NCBI GenBank assembly: GCA_963716725.1
Contig: CAVQUB010000020.1
Span: 160,001-224,000 of the forward strand
Length of the DNA: 64,000 nucleotides
Source of the DNA: an uncultured delta proteobacterium
GTDB lineage: Bacteria > Myxococcota_A > Polyangia > Polyangiales > Polyangiaceae
Direction: 5' to 3'
Shown here: piece after piece, positions 49,761-60,362 of the stretch
How positions within the stretch are numbered: the stretch's first letter is position 1
Layout: each line of letters begins with the position of its first letter
The notes under the pieces: generated by a model
What the model was told of the DNA's origin: nothing
Seen by the model: only the letters and a program-made list of their open reading frames with translations
Databases searched by the model: none
Program-made: the position numbers and the translations under genes

Positions 49761-51268
49761 ATGAGCGAGGCGACGAACTTCTGTTGGGTGGGCGCCGACG
49801 GCACGCTGCACAGCGGCAGTGCGCAGGAGCTCATGCGCGCTTTCGTCGCCGGCGCGCTGCCCGCGCGTCACCCCGTCTGGCGCCACGGGTGGTCCGAGTG
49901 GGTGCTGCTCGAGGACGTGCTGGCCGAGCGCCGTCTCGAGTTCGAAGTCGACGCGCCGCCGACCGAGCGCGACTTCGAAAGTGTGCCGACCTCACCGATC
50001 ATCGATCCCGACGTGACTGCGGAAGACCTGACCCGACCCCTGCGCGCCGTCACCCCGACTCCCCCCACCCTGTTCTCACAGCATCCGCCCGAGGCGTCGC
50101 AGCTACCGCCGATGGGCGGGACCGCGCGCACCGTGCCGCCGGCGTTGCACCGCCGGGGCGTTCACGTACCAGCGCTCATCGGCGCGAGCGTCGGACTGAT
50201 CGGGGCGATCGCCGCCGCAGGCATCGTCGGGTCGGCGACCGTCGATTCGCACGGCCGGGCGTTGCGGCGTGCCGCGGTCTCCGTCCAGCTTCCCGCGCGG
50301 GCGAGTTCGCCCCGGGACTTCGCCTGCTCCCTCGACGGCGATGCGATGGTGGTCGCGCCGCGAATCACGCGCGGCGCTTCGTTGCACGCGGCGACGGTGA
50401 CTGAACGCAGCGTCGCAGTTGGCGTCAACGCCACCGAGAAGACCGGGCTGGGCATCACGCTCCGGCTCGGGCCGCTCTCGTTGGAACGAACCGAGGTCGT
50501 CGCCGATCCGCTCCACGTCGCAGGTGTCGTGCCGTCGACGACGGGACAGTTCTCGGTCGACCGATTCACCCGGCGGGCGCCCGGACGCGAGCCGTTCTCC
50601 CTCGGGATGACACCGAGTGGCTTCACGCGCATCGGAGAGGACGGCGGGCAGACCACGATCTGGCCGGGGGAGGCCCGCGAGGTGATTCCCGCCCCGTGCT
50701 GGCGGCCTTCGGCGACGCTGGCGTGGGGGTGGCATTTCGTCGCGGTGACGACCGCCGCGGCGCCGTGCGACTCGGTTGGCTCGACGCCAGGGGGCAGCGG
50801 CTGAGCGACCTCGCGACGCTGTCGGTGGCGTCTGGCCTGACGGGCGAGCCCGCGCTGGCGGCCGGCCCCGGCAGGCTGCTCGTCGCCTACGCCGTGCAGC
50901 AACCGGCGGACGCTCCGGCAGCCATCGAGCTGGCGCTGGCGAAATTCGGTGAGCTACCGGGCGCCACTCGCCGCTTCGACGCAAATTCGAGCCTGCCTCG
51001 CGAGCGTCCGGCGATCGCCGCGTTGCCGGATGGCCGCTGGTTGCTCGCCTGGGCCGAAGGCGACCGCGAGCGCGGACGGCGCGTCCGCGCGCAGGTACTG
51101 AGCGAAGAACTCACACCGTCGGGAGTTCCCCTCGAGCTCGCCTCGAGCCTTCACCCGATTGGGGCCGTGGCCCTGCACGCCGCGGGAGCGCGGCTGGTGG
51201 TGCTGTTCTCGGAGCGCGCCCACCGGCAGACCGAAACACTGCTCGCCCGACAAATCACGTGTCGCTGA
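49761..51268 (+). CDS. GYF_2/DUF4339-like membrane protein with one frameshift at about 50690
   Basis: PVWRHGWSEW at the N-terminus; TM helix; coding sense continues in the 50696..51268 frame. Confidence 0.65.
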
Positions 51269-51371
51269 CCCCGTGTGTGTGTGACCCGCCCACACGGGCC
51301 CACCAAAGTGCTCCGCACCAACCCGCACGTGCGGGCACCCCGCGGTAAGCTAGTGGAGGAGTTGGTGCCAC

Positions 51372-53531
51372 ATGCGCGTTGGATTTGCTTCGATCGTTCT
51401 GGGTGCGGGTGCCGCAAGCTGGCTGGCTTGGGGTTGCTCGGCAGCTGGTGAGGGAAGTGCTCCGGGAGCGGGCGGCGGCGGCGCCACCGACGGCGGCGGC
51501 AGCAGCAGCGGGACCGGAGGCAGCAGCGCCAGTGGCGGCAGCAGCGCGAGCGGCGGCAGCGGCGGGACCGGCGGCAGTAGCAGTGGTGGGGCTGCGGGCA
51601 GCGGCGGCGCAGCCGGCAGCGGAGGCAGCGGCGGGTGCACGAGCGACTCGGAGTGCTCGGGCACGACCCCGGTGTGCGACACCGCCAACAGCACCTGCGT
51701 CGAGTGCACGCCGACCAACGACAAATGCCCGACCGGGCAGTACTGCACGAAGAACAACGGCTGCGCGGCCGGGTGCACCGATGGCACGGACTGCAGCAGC
51801 CCGAACGCGAAGTGCGACGCCGCGACCAACAAATGCGTCGAGTGCTTGGGCGACACGGATTGCACCGCGGGACAGATCTGCGTCCAGAACGCCTGCGCCC
51901 AGGGCTGTTCGATCACCCAACCCTGCGTGAACACGGCTGAGACCTGCTGCGGCTCGAGTTGCCACGACCTCAAGGCCGATCTGAACAACTGCGGCACCTG
52001 CACCAGCGCATGCCCCGCGCCGCTCAACGCCGCCGCGACCTGCATCGCGGGCGCTTGCGGCATGGGCGCCTGCGCGGGCGGCTTCTTGGACTGCAACAAG
52101 AGCCCCGCCGACGGCTGCGAGATCAACACCGCCATCGTCACCAACTGCACCTGCGCGCCGGGCACGACCCAGTCCTGCTACACGGGCCCGACGGGCACCC
52201 AGAACAAGGGCCTGTGCAAGGCGGGCACGCAGACCTGCGACTCCAGCGGCTTGCTCTGGGGTCCCTGCCTCAACCAGGTGGTGCCTTCGTCCGAGGTTTG
52301 CGGCAACGGCCTCGACGAGGACTGCACGGGAGTCGCGGACGACGTCGGCGACGTCGACGGTGATGGCTGGACGAAGTGCAACGGAGACTGCTGCGAGACG
52401 ACCAGCGAGTGCAGCGATCCCAAGCTGGTGAACCCCGGAGCCTTCGAGTTCGCCGGCAACGGAGTGGACGACGACTGCGACGGGACCAAGGACAACGTCC
52501 TGACCGGCTGCGATTCCAGCCTCGCCAGCAACTCGGCGACCGCCGTCGACTACGCAAAGGCCATCGATCTCTGCCAGACCACCACCGAAAACCCGGCCCT
52601 GAGCCAGAAGAAGTGGGGCGTGATCAGCGGGACGTTCTCGCTGGCGAACGGCAGCGGAACTCCCAACGCATACTCCCGCTCGATCCGGCCCGGCTTCGGC
52701 AACAACGTCGCGCCCAAGCTCGGGTCGCGGCTCGCGGTCCTGTCGACTGGACGCGCTGCAGCGCAGACCGCGCCGAACAACGCCAACCCGGCGTGGGCGG
52801 CCTTCCAGGGCGGTCAGAACAATGGCTCGACGAGCGGTGTGCCGAACGACTGGCTCGCGGCCAACGGCGGGAATTTCCCCAACGCGCCCGGCTGCCCCGC
52901 CCCGCAGGGCGGCACCACCGCGCACGATCCGATCATGCTCAAGCTGCGCGTGCGTGTGCCGACGAACGCCAAATCGTTCTCGCTCAACAGCTACTTCTAC
53001 TCGTCCGAGTACCCGGAGTGGGTCTGCAGCGCGTTCAACGACTTCTTCCTGACGCTGATCGACTCGACCTTCGTACCCGGACCCGGCGAGACCGCGAACC
53101 CCACCGACAAAAACCTCGCGTTCTACGACCCTCCCCCGGCCGGCGGCTCGCTCTACCCCGTCGGCGTGAACCTCGCGTTCGGCAACACCGGGCTGTTCAA
53201 GGCGTGCAAGAACGGTCCCACGGGCTGTGGCAGCGGCTCGGTCGCCGGCACGACCAACACCTGCGTCAGCACCTCGGAGCTGCTCGGGACCGGCATGGAC
53301 ATCCTGAACCCGCCGTCTCAGTTTGGGGGCGACCCGGGCTGGTGCGGCTCCAGCAACATGGCAGGCGGCGGCACGGGCTGGCTGAACGTCTCGGGCAACG
53401 TGAAGCCCGGCGAGACCATCGAGATCCGCTTCGTGATCTGGGACACGGGGGACGCTTGGTACGACTCCGTCGTGCTGCTCGACAACTTCCTGTGGAAGAT
53501 CAACGCCTCCCAGCCCGGCACCACGGGCTGA
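51372..53531 (+). CDS. Cys-rich lipoprotein with C-terminal choice-of-anchor L-like domain
   Basis: GGAGG RBS; lipobox AWGC; NNCGTC, CNGLDEDC-type and DGDG motifs; SEYPEWVCSAFND. Confidence 0.82.
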   Translation: MRVGFASIVLGAGAASWLAWGCSAAGEGSAPGAGGGGATDGGGSSSGTGGSSASGGSSASGGSGGTGGSSSGGAAGSGGAAGSGGSGGCTSDSECSGTTPVCDTANSTCVECTPTNDKCPTGQYCTKNNGCAAGCTDGTDCSSPNAKCDAATNKCVECLGDTDCTAGQICVQNACAQGCSITQPCVNTAETCCGSSCHDLKADLNNCGTCTSACPAPLNAAATCIAGACGMGACAGGFLDCNKSPADGCEINTAIVTNCTCAPGTTQSCYTGPTGTQNKGLCKAGTQTCDSSGLLWGPCLNQVVPSSEVCGNGLDEDCTGVADDVGDVDGDGWTKCNGDCCETTSECSDPKLVNPGAFEFAGNGVDDDCDGTKDNVLTGCDSSLASNSATAVDYAKAIDLCQTTTENPALSQKKWGVISGTFSLANGSGTPNAYSRSIRPGFGNNVAPKLGSRLAVLSTGRAAAQTAPNNANPAWAAFQGGQNNGSTSGVPNDWLAANGGNFPNAPGCPAPQGGTTAHDPIMLKLRVRVPTNAKSFSLNSYFYSSEYPEWVCSAFNDFFLTLIDSTFVPGPGETANPTDKNLAFYDPPPAGGSLYPVGVNLAFGNTGLFKACKNGPTGCGSGSVAGTTNTCVSTSELLGTGMDILNPPSQFGGDPGWCGSSNMAGGGTGWLNVSGNVKPGETIEIRFVIWDTGDAWYDSVVLLDNFLWKINASQPGTTG

Positions 53532-53540
53532 GGCTCGAGG

Positions 53541-53933
53541 TCAGAGCTTCTCGAGCACCCGCTCGAGCTTCTGGGCGACCTCGTCGGCGATCGAGGCCAT
53601 GGCAGGGTTGTCGACCACCTCGAACTGTCGGCGCGGGTTGATGGCCTGAACCAACGTGCGACCGCCTGCTTGGTACACGTTCACGTTGCAGGGCAAGAGC
53701 ACGCCGATCCCGGGCTCGGCCTCGAGGGCCCGGTGGGCCAGCGGCGGGTTGCAGGCGCCGAGGATGACGTAAGGTTCGCGCTCGACGCCGAGCTTCGCCT
53801 TGAGGGTGGCAGCCACATCAATCGTGGTCAGAACACCGAAGCCTTCTTCGGCCAGTAGCGCCTTCACTCGCTCGATGGCCTGATCTTGGGTGAAATTAGC
53901 GACCTCGCGCGTGAGTGTGTAGGAAGGGTGCAT
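53541..53933 (-). CDS. DUF302 family protein
   Basis: GFGVLTTID, YVILGACNP and LLPCNV motifs; AGGAG RBS. Confidence 0.9.
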   Translation of the reverse strand: MHPSYTLTREVANFTQDQAIERVKALLAEEGFGVLTTIDVAATLKAKLGVEREPYVILGACNPPLAHRALEAEPGIGVLLPCNVNVYQAGGRTLVQAINPRRQFEVVDNPAMASIADEVAQKLERVLEKL

Positions 53934-53977
53934 GACGTGTCTCCTGGACGGTGAGAGCCGCTCTGGGCGAGATGGAT

Positions 53978-54595
53978 TCAACTGGGCAACGCCAGGACAG
54001 CGTAGCGGACACTGGTCGGGAGCGTCTCGAGAAGCGACACCACCTGCCCAGCGGTCAACGATTCGGAGACATCACCGGGCATGACGCTCACGAAGGCAAA
54101 GCTCTCGAGGGCTGCTCGGCGCGACTCGTCGTCGTTCGCAGCGGCGTCGATCCGATGGCGACCCGGTCCCGAGGGGTGAGATCCGTAGAGTCCTCGCTCG
54201 TCCAACCCCACCATGACCACGTTGTGGATCCCGGGCGCGAGCTGCCCCATGTCGACTTCGTGTGCGTCGGGAACCACAAAGCCCCGCAACGCCGCGGCGC
54301 CGGCGCGGATCTCGACTCGACGCGCTCCCGGCGGCAACGGAGACACGTCTCCCCAGACCAGCGCCGCCGGTCCGGAGACGCCCAGGTCGCCGATGCGTGC
54401 GGCGAGCTGCGCTCCGAGCTGAGCAGCGGGCGCCCGGGCGTCGATGGAAATCATGTGGACCCGCGGCGGCACCGCTGGGGGCGCAGCTCGTGAGAGCCGG
54501 GGGGAGGACGCTGGCTGGATCTCTTCCTTGGGGGTGGTCGCGCAGCCGATGACCACGATGACCGCACCCAGAATCACGACGTCGACGCGGCTCAT
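53978..54595 (-). CDS. Hypothetical lipoprotein
   Basis: MSRVDVVILGAVIVVIGC. Confidence 0.55.
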   Translation of the reverse strand: MSRVDVVILGAVIVVIGCATTPKEEIQPASSPRLSRAAPPAVPPRVHMISIDARAPAAQLGAQLAARIGDLGVSGPAALVWGDVSPLPPGARRVEIRAGAAALRGFVVPDAHEVDMGQLAPGIHNVVMVGLDERGLYGSHPSGPGRHRIDAAANDDESRRAALESFAFVSVMPGDVSESLTAGQVVSLLETLPTSVRYAVLALPS

Positions 54596-54687
54596 TCCCA
54601 CCTCATCCCGCCCTGAACGGCCGAAAGCAGCGGCTTGTTCCCGCGGAAGGGTTGACTTCCGAACGCAGGCCGAGTGCCCTAGCCCCA

Positions 54688-55275
54688 ATGCAAGGTTATC
54701 CCCCTCCCGGTGGTTTCGGCGGTCCCCCTGGTCCTCCCCCTGGTCCGCCCGGAGGCTACGGGCCGCCACCCGGAGGCGGCTTCGGCGCGCCACCCGGAGG
54801 CGGTTTCGGCGCGCCACCCGGAGGCGGTTTCGGGGCACCACCCGGGGGTGGCTTCGGCGGGCCCCCGGGCGGCATGACGGGCAAGGCCGAGAGCATGGTC
54901 GGAGCGCCGGCCATCGGGCTGCTCGTCGTGGCGGGCATCGGCATCCTGTACCAACTCTTCAGCATCTTGATGAACCTCCTGGGCACCGGGATGGGCGCCT
55001 TCTCCGCGGCGAGCGGCAGCAGCGGAGGCATGAGCAGCCTGTTCACCGGGGTCATCGGCCTGGTGTTCAACGTGATCTGGCTGCTCTTGAGCGGCCTGGT
55101 CATCTACGGCGCCCTCAAGATGAAGAAGCTCGAGAGCTACGGGCTCGCGATGGCGGCAGCGGTGGTTGCCGCGTTGCCCTGCACCTCGCCCTGCTGCGTG
55201 CTCGGACTGCCGCTCGGGATCTGGGCCATCGCGGTCCTGGTGAACCAGGACGTGAAGTCCGCCTTCCGCGGCTGA
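54688..55275 (+). CDS. Membrane protein with Pro/Gly-rich N-terminal repeats
   Basis: (PPGGGFGA)-type repeats; about 3 TM segments; PCCVLGLPLGIWA. Confidence 0.8.
   Translation: MQGYPPPGGFGGPPGPPPGPPGGYGPPPGGGFGAPPGGGFGAPPGGGFGAPPGGGFGGPPGGMTGKAESMVGAPAIGLLVVAGIGILYQLFSILMNLLGTGMGAFSAASGSSGGMSSLFTGVIGLVFNVIWLLLSGLVIYGALKMKKLESYGLAMAAAVVAALPCTSPCCVLGLPLGIWAIAVLVNQDVKSAFRG
54766..54861 (+). repeat. Coding tandem repeat, 4 x 24 bp
   Basis: CCACCCGGAGGCGGYTTCGGCGCG-type units. Confidence 0.85.
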
Positions 55276-55460
55276 CCGTTGCGAAATACCTGCGCGAACG
55301 TCCACGTTCGCGCGGCCTCGGGGGCGTCCTTGACCGGCCCTCCCCTCGTCGCTAGGTTCCGGGCCCCTCGGGCGTTTTCGGCGCTCGAACTGCATCGAAC
55401 GAGCCGCCCACCGAGGCGACGGACGAAGGCCGCGGGAACACCGCGAACGAGGAGACGACC

Positions 55461-56483
55461 ATGGCAACCAAGATCGCAATCAACGGGTTCGGCCGCATCG
55501 GGCGCTGCGTTCTGCGAGCGTTGACGGAGCAGAAGTTGGGCGACATCGAGGTCGTGGCCATCAACGACCTGGTCGACACCCGGACCCTCGCGCACCTCTT
55601 GAAGTACGACTCGGTTCACGGCGTGTTCGACGCGGCGACCGTCGGCCACAAAGACTCGGGAATTTCCGTCGGCGGCAAGGACATCGCCGTGACTGCCATC
55701 AAGGACCCGAAGGAGCTTCCGTGGAAGAGCCACGGGGTCGACATCGTGCTCGAGTGCACGGGGCTCTTCACGGACAAGAGCAAGGCCATCGGTCACGTGG
55801 AGGCCGGTGCCAAGAAGGTGATGATCAGCGCCCCTGCCAAGAACCACGACCTGACCATCGTGATGGGCGTCAACGACGACCTCTACGATCCAGCGAAGCA
55901 CCACGTGGTGTCGAACGGATCGTGCACCACGAACTGCCTGGCTCCGGTCGCGAAGGTCATGCTCGACACCTTCGGCATCGTGAACGCGTTCATGACGACC
56001 ATTCACAGCTACACCAACGATCAGAACCTGCTCGACCTGCCCCACCGCAAGGGCGACCTGCGCCGGGCGCGAGCCGCTGCCGTCAACATGGTTCCAACCA
56101 GCACCGGCGCCGCCAAGGCCATCGCCGAGGTCATCCCGGCGCTGAAGGGCAAGTGCCACGGCACGGCGATGCGCGTGCCGACGGTGGACGTGTCCGTCGT
56201 CGATCTGACGGTCATCACCGAGAAGGCCGTGACCGTGGAGTCGATCAACAGCGCCATGAAGGCCGCAGCCGAGAGTGGCCGGCTCAAAGGCGTGCTCCAG
56301 TACGTCGAAGAAGAGCTGGTCTCCTGCGACTTCATTGGTAATCCGTACTCGAGCTGCTTCGATTCGACGCAGACCCTGACCATGGGCGACAATTTCGCCA
56401 AGATCTTCTCCTGGTACGACAACGAGTGGGGCTTCTCCTGCCGCATGATCGACCTCATGCGGCTGATGGCGAAGAAGGGCTGA
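55461..56483 (+). CDS. gap: Glyceraldehyde-3-phosphate dehydrogenase
   Basis: INGFGRIGR, SCTTNCL and WYDNEWG motifs. Confidence 0.97.
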   Translation: MATKIAINGFGRIGRCVLRALTEQKLGDIEVVAINDLVDTRTLAHLLKYDSVHGVFDAATVGHKDSGISVGGKDIAVTAIKDPKELPWKSHGVDIVLECTGLFTDKSKAIGHVEAGAKKVMISAPAKNHDLTIVMGVNDDLYDPAKHHVVSNGSCTTNCLAPVAKVMLDTFGIVNAFMTTIHSYTNDQNLLDLPHRKGDLRRARAAAVNMVPTSTGAAKAIAEVIPALKGKCHGTAMRVPTVDVSVVDLTVITEKAVTVESINSAMKAAAESGRLKGVLQYVEEELVSCDFIGNPYSSCFDSTQTLTMGDNFAKIFSWYDNEWGFSCRMIDLMRLMAKKG

Positions 56484-56490
56484 CAGCGCC

Positions 56491-57705
56491 ATGGGCATGC
56501 TGGACGGCATCCGCTGCATCGACGAGCTCGAGCTCGCCGGGCAGAAGGTCTTCATCCGCGTCGACTTCAACGTCCCTCTCGACAAGAAGACGCGAGCGAT
56601 CACCGACGACGAACGCATCCGTGCCGCGCTGCCCACGGTCAAGCACGCCATGGATGCGGGCGCGAAGGTCATCCTCGCCAGCCACCTGGGCCGCCCGAAG
56701 GGCAAGCCCGCGCCGGAATACAGCGTGGAGCCCGTGGGCTCCCGCTTGGCCGAACTCACGGGCTACGAAGTCCACGTTCCCGACGACTGCGTTGGAGAAG
56801 CCGCCAAGAAGGTGGTTCAGGACCTCCGCGGCGGTCAGATCGTCCTGCTCGAGAACCTGCGCTTCCACGCCGAAGAAGAGATGAACGACGACTCCTTCGC
56901 CAAGGAGCTGGCGTCGCTCTGCACCGTGTACGTGAACGACGCATTCGGTGCTGCGCACCGGGCCCACGCCTCGGTCGAGGCGCTGCCACGCATGATGCCG
57001 ACGCGCGCCATGGGGTTCTTGATGAAGAGCGAGGTCTCGAACCTGTCGAAGGTGCTCGAGGCTCCGGAGAAGCCCTTCGTGGCCGTGCTCGGCGGCGCCA
57101 AGGTCACCGACAAGATCGCGGTGATCGAGTCGCTGCTCGCCAAGTGCACGTCCATCTGCATCGGCGGAGCCATGGCCAACACGCTGCTCGCGGCCAAGGG
57201 CCACGACATGAAGGCCAGCTTGGTCGAGAAGGACTTCCTGGCGGCCGCGCGCACCCTGCTCGAGAAGGCCCGCGACAGGGGCGTCGACGTGGTACTGCCG
57301 AGCGACGTGGTGGTCGGCTCCGGCACTGACGCCGCATCGGGAACGACGGTGAGCGTGGCCGCGGTTCCCGACGGGACCATGGCTCTCGACATCGGACCGG
57401 CGACGCTCGACGCGTTCAAGAAACACGTGCTCGGCGCCAAGACGGTGTTCTGGAACGGCCCCCTGGGTTTGTTCGAAAACCAGGCCTTCGCCGCCGGCAC
57501 CAACGGGATGGCGAGGGCGTTGGCCGAGGCCCCCGGCTTCACCGTGGTCGGAGGCGGCGACAGCGCCGCGGCCCTGCGCCAAGCCGGTGACGGACTCGTG
57601 GAGCGGATCAGCTTCGTCTCCACCGGCGGCGGCGCGGCCCTCGAGCTGCTCGAAGGCAAGAATCTTCCAGGCGTTGAAGCGCTGCGCTCACCGCGCACCG
57701 CGTAG
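56491..57705 (+). CDS. pgk: Phosphoglycerate kinase
   Basis: RVDFNVP, SHLGRP, LLENLRF and STGGGA motifs. Confidence 0.97.
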   Translation: MGMLDGIRCIDELELAGQKVFIRVDFNVPLDKKTRAITDDERIRAALPTVKHAMDAGAKVILASHLGRPKGKPAPEYSVEPVGSRLAELTGYEVHVPDDCVGEAAKKVVQDLRGGQIVLLENLRFHAEEEMNDDSFAKELASLCTVYVNDAFGAAHRAHASVEALPRMMPTRAMGFLMKSEVSNLSKVLEAPEKPFVAVLGGAKVTDKIAVIESLLAKCTSICIGGAMANTLLAAKGHDMKASLVEKDFLAAARTLLEKARDRGVDVVLPSDVVVGSGTDAASGTTVSVAAVPDGTMALDIGPATLDAFKKHVLGAKTVFWNGPLGLFENQAFAAGTNGMARALAEAPGFTVVGGGDSAAALRQAGDGLVERISFVSTGGGAALELLEGKNLPGVEALRSPRTA

Positions 57706-57717
57706 AACGAGAGAGAC

Positions 57718-58479
57718 ATGCACCGCACCCCGATCATTGCCGGTAACTGGAAGCTGTACAAAGGCGGCGCGGCCGGCGTCGAGCTCGCACGCGAGGTGGT
57801 CCGCGCCTGCGGGGATCTGGCCGGAGTCACCATCGTCCTGGCGCCACCGTTCACCGTCGTTGCCAGCGTCGTCGACGCGGTTCGTGGCAGTCGGGTCGAG
57901 GTCGGCGGCCAGAACCTCTACCCGAAGGCCGAAGGAGCATTCACCGGGGAGGTGAGCGCCCCGATGTTGCTCGATGCCGGCTGCAAGTGGGTGATCGTCG
58001 GACACAGCGAGCGCCGGCAGTTCTTCGCGGACACCGACGACTTGGTGCGTGAGAAGACGGCTGCGGCCATCGCCGCGGGTCTCCGCCCCATCGTGTGCGT
58101 GGGCGAGAGCCTGGCAGAGCGCGACGCGGGTCGTACGCTCGAGGTCGTCTACCGCCAACTCGACGCAGTCACGAGCGTGCTCGCCGAGCGCCCCGGCTTC
58201 GCCACCTTGGCCTACGAGCCGGTCTGGGCCATCGGCACCGGCAAGGTCGCGGGTCCCGAGCAGGCCCAGGAGGTCCACCGAGCGCTGCGTCAGCGGCTCT
58301 CGGAGAAGGACCCCGCCTTGGGGCGCAGCACCCACATTCTCTACGGTGGCAGCGTGAAGCCCGACAATGCGTCCGGGTTGCTCTCCTGCCCCGATGTCGA
58401 CGGCGCGCTCGTCGGCGGAGCCTCGCTCGATGCCGGCTCTTTCGCAAAAATAGTCGAAGCCTGCCCCTCGAGAGTCTGA
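57718..58479 (+). CDS. tpiA: Triosephosphate isomerase
   Basis: AGNWK, GHSERR, AYEPVWAIGTG and LVGGASL motifs. Confidence 0.97.
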   Translation: MHRTPIIAGNWKLYKGGAAGVELAREVVRACGDLAGVTIVLAPPFTVVASVVDAVRGSRVEVGGQNLYPKAEGAFTGEVSAPMLLDAGCKWVIVGHSERRQFFADTDDLVREKTAAAIAAGLRPIVCVGESLAERDAGRTLEVVYRQLDAVTSVLAERPGFATLAYEPVWAIGTGKVAGPEQAQEVHRALRQRLSEKDPALGRSTHILYGGSVKPDNASGLLSCPDVDGALVGGASLDAGSFAKIVEACPSRV

Positions 58480-58482
58480 CCC

Positions 58483-58818
58483 ATGGCCGAAATTCTGAAG
58501 ACCCCGTTGACCGTCGTGCACGTCCTGGCGTGCTTGTTCCTGATGATCGTGGTGTTGCTCCAGCCCGGAAAGAGCGGAGGCATGGGCGCGATCAGCGGTG
58601 CCGCCGCTCAGCAAGTGTTCGGCGGCCGAGGCGCTGGCAACATCCTCACGAAGATCAGCTGGACCACTGCCACCATCTTCTTCGTGACCAGCATCACCCT
58701 GGCCTACTTGTCCACTTCGTCGGACGAGTCGCTGGCCAAGCGAGCTCCGATCACGCCCGCCAAGGGCCCGCCGACCACTCAGGTCGAAGCTCCGCCAACG
58801 CCCGCACCTTCCAAGTAA
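58483..58818 (+). CDS. secG: Preprotein translocase subunit SecG
   Basis: VLLQPGKSGGMG..FGGRGAGNILTK; conserved position after tpiA. Confidence 0.93.
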   Translation: MAEILKTPLTVVHVLACLFLMIVVLLQPGKSGGMGAISGAAAQQVFGGRGAGNILTKISWTTATIFFVTSITLAYLSTSSDESLAKRAPITPAKGPPTTQVEAPPTPAPSK

Positions 58819-58835
58819 CGCTCGCCGCGGGCTGA

Positions 58836-60254
58836 ATGCACTCGCGGGTGAAGGACGCCGCCGTCGTCATCGTCGGCAAGGTGGCCGTCTCTTCGATCGT
58901 CCTCGGGAGCGGCTTCCGGGCAGTGTCCGACGACGACTACGCAAGGATCGTCATTGCCCAGCGCTTTGCCGAGTCTCCGAGCCTCGATCCGAGCGGCACC
59001 AGCTGGTTGCCATTTCCCTTCTGGCTCAACGGGGGCGCGATGATCGTGCTCGGGTCGAGCGTCGAAGTCGCTCGCGGGCTTGCCCTCGTGCTCGGCGTCG
59101 CGGCGAGCTTCGCAGTCTGGCTCTCGCTCCGGTGGCTCGGGGCCGGACGCCTCGGTGCGGTCGTGGGCGCCGTCGCCGCCTCGATCTTCCCCTACTCTGC
59201 CTGGCTCGGGGTCGCGGCAGTGCCCGAATTGCCCACGGCCGCCCTGTGCTTGCTCGCCGCAGCAAGCCTTCGTCGCGACGGCAGCGCGCGACTGTGGGGC
59301 GCGGTCGCAGTCCTCGTGGCCTGTCTCAGTCGCTACGAGGCCTGGCCCGTAGCCGCCGTGTTCGCCGCCTTTTGTCTTCGGAGCGCGCGCGTGCACGGGC
59401 TCGCCACCATCGTCGCCCTGGCCGGTCCTTGCGGGTGGCTGGCGCACGGGGCGCTCAGTCACGGCAGCGCATTCTTCTTCGTGAGGCGGGTGAGCGAGTA
59501 TCGACGCGCCGTGGGCGCCGGCAACCAGGAGACCTGGAGCGCGCTCTCGGGCTTCCCGTCGATGCTCGTTCGGTGCGAACCGGAGCTGATTGCGTTCGTG
59601 GTCGTGGCCGTGGGCGCCGCTGTCGCGCTCGGGGGCAGCTCCGTCTTGCGTCGCCACGCTCGCGTGATCTGCGTATTCGGCGCGGTGCTCGTGTTCTTGG
59701 TGGCCGGTGATCTGCGCGACGGTGCGCCGACCCACCATGGAGAGCGAGCCCTGCTCGGTATCTGGCTGGGGCTCGCGGCGCTCGCCGGCGACGCCTTCGG
59801 TGAGGCGTGGGGCAGAGCCCGGGGTCCCATTGGCGCGCTGCTCCTGGCGGTGCCGGGACTCGCCATCGCGCCAATGACCGCCATCGTGCGCCCTTGGTAC
59901 TCGGCGCGAGACGCCTTCGTCGATCGCACCCTGGAAGTCGAGATGGGTCGGGCCGCCCGACACGCAGCCGGTCCGAGCGGCCGCCTGCTGATCGACTCGC
60001 GGGACTTCGGGTTCTACGCAGCCATGGCGGGCTTCGGCTCGCCTTCGCGCTCGGCGACCCTCGACGACCGGGATCCCCGAAGGCCCCGGGCGCCAGACCC
60101 ATTTTCGACTCCCGCCGCCCTGCGGGCGCGACTCGACCACGAGCAGGCCGATTGGCTGCTCGTCGAAGCGGAACACGCTCCGAGCGCCGCGCATTTCGGG
60201 CCCGTGGAGCGGGACGGCGGGCGGCTCGTCCTGGTCAAGGTCCGGCCACGCTGA
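58836..60254 (+). CDS. Polytopic membrane protein, possible GT-C glycosyltransferase
   Basis: Acidic SDDDYAR loop after TM1; many TM helices; RYEAW. Confidence 0.55.
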   Translation: MHSRVKDAAVVIVGKVAVSSIVLGSGFRAVSDDDYARIVIAQRFAESPSLDPSGTSWLPFPFWLNGGAMIVLGSSVEVARGLALVLGVAASFAVWLSLRWLGAGRLGAVVGAVAASIFPYSAWLGVAAVPELPTAALCLLAAASLRRDGSARLWGAVAVLVACLSRYEAWPVAAVFAAFCLRSARVHGLATIVALAGPCGWLAHGALSHGSAFFFVRRVSEYRRAVGAGNQETWSALSGFPSMLVRCEPELIAFVVVAVGAAVALGGSSVLRRHARVICVFGAVLVFLVAGDLRDGAPTHHGERALLGIWLGLAALAGDAFGEAWGRARGPIGALLLAVPGLAIAPMTAIVRPWYSARDAFVDRTLEVEMGRAARHAAGPSGRLLIDSRDFGFYAAMAGFGSPSRSATLDDRDPRRPRAPDPFSTPAALRARLDHEQADWLLVEAEHAPSAAHFGPVERDGGRLVLVKVRPR

Positions 60255-60362
60255 CCCCGGGCGCATCTGCACCCTGGGCCCGTTCTTTTGCGCTGTACTT
60301 GCGAGAGCCGGCTCGGCAGCCGAAAGTGTCTATCCCGCTCACACCCGGCCTCGACGTTCTCC

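Noticed and set aside
54688..54870. Prion-like octarepeat (PPGGGFGA)
   Set aside because: Lacks His and Trp; Pro/Gly tails are common on small bacterial membrane proteins.
58818..58836. tRNA-Leu often found after secG
   Set aside because: The gap is only 17 bp and no cloverleaf is present.
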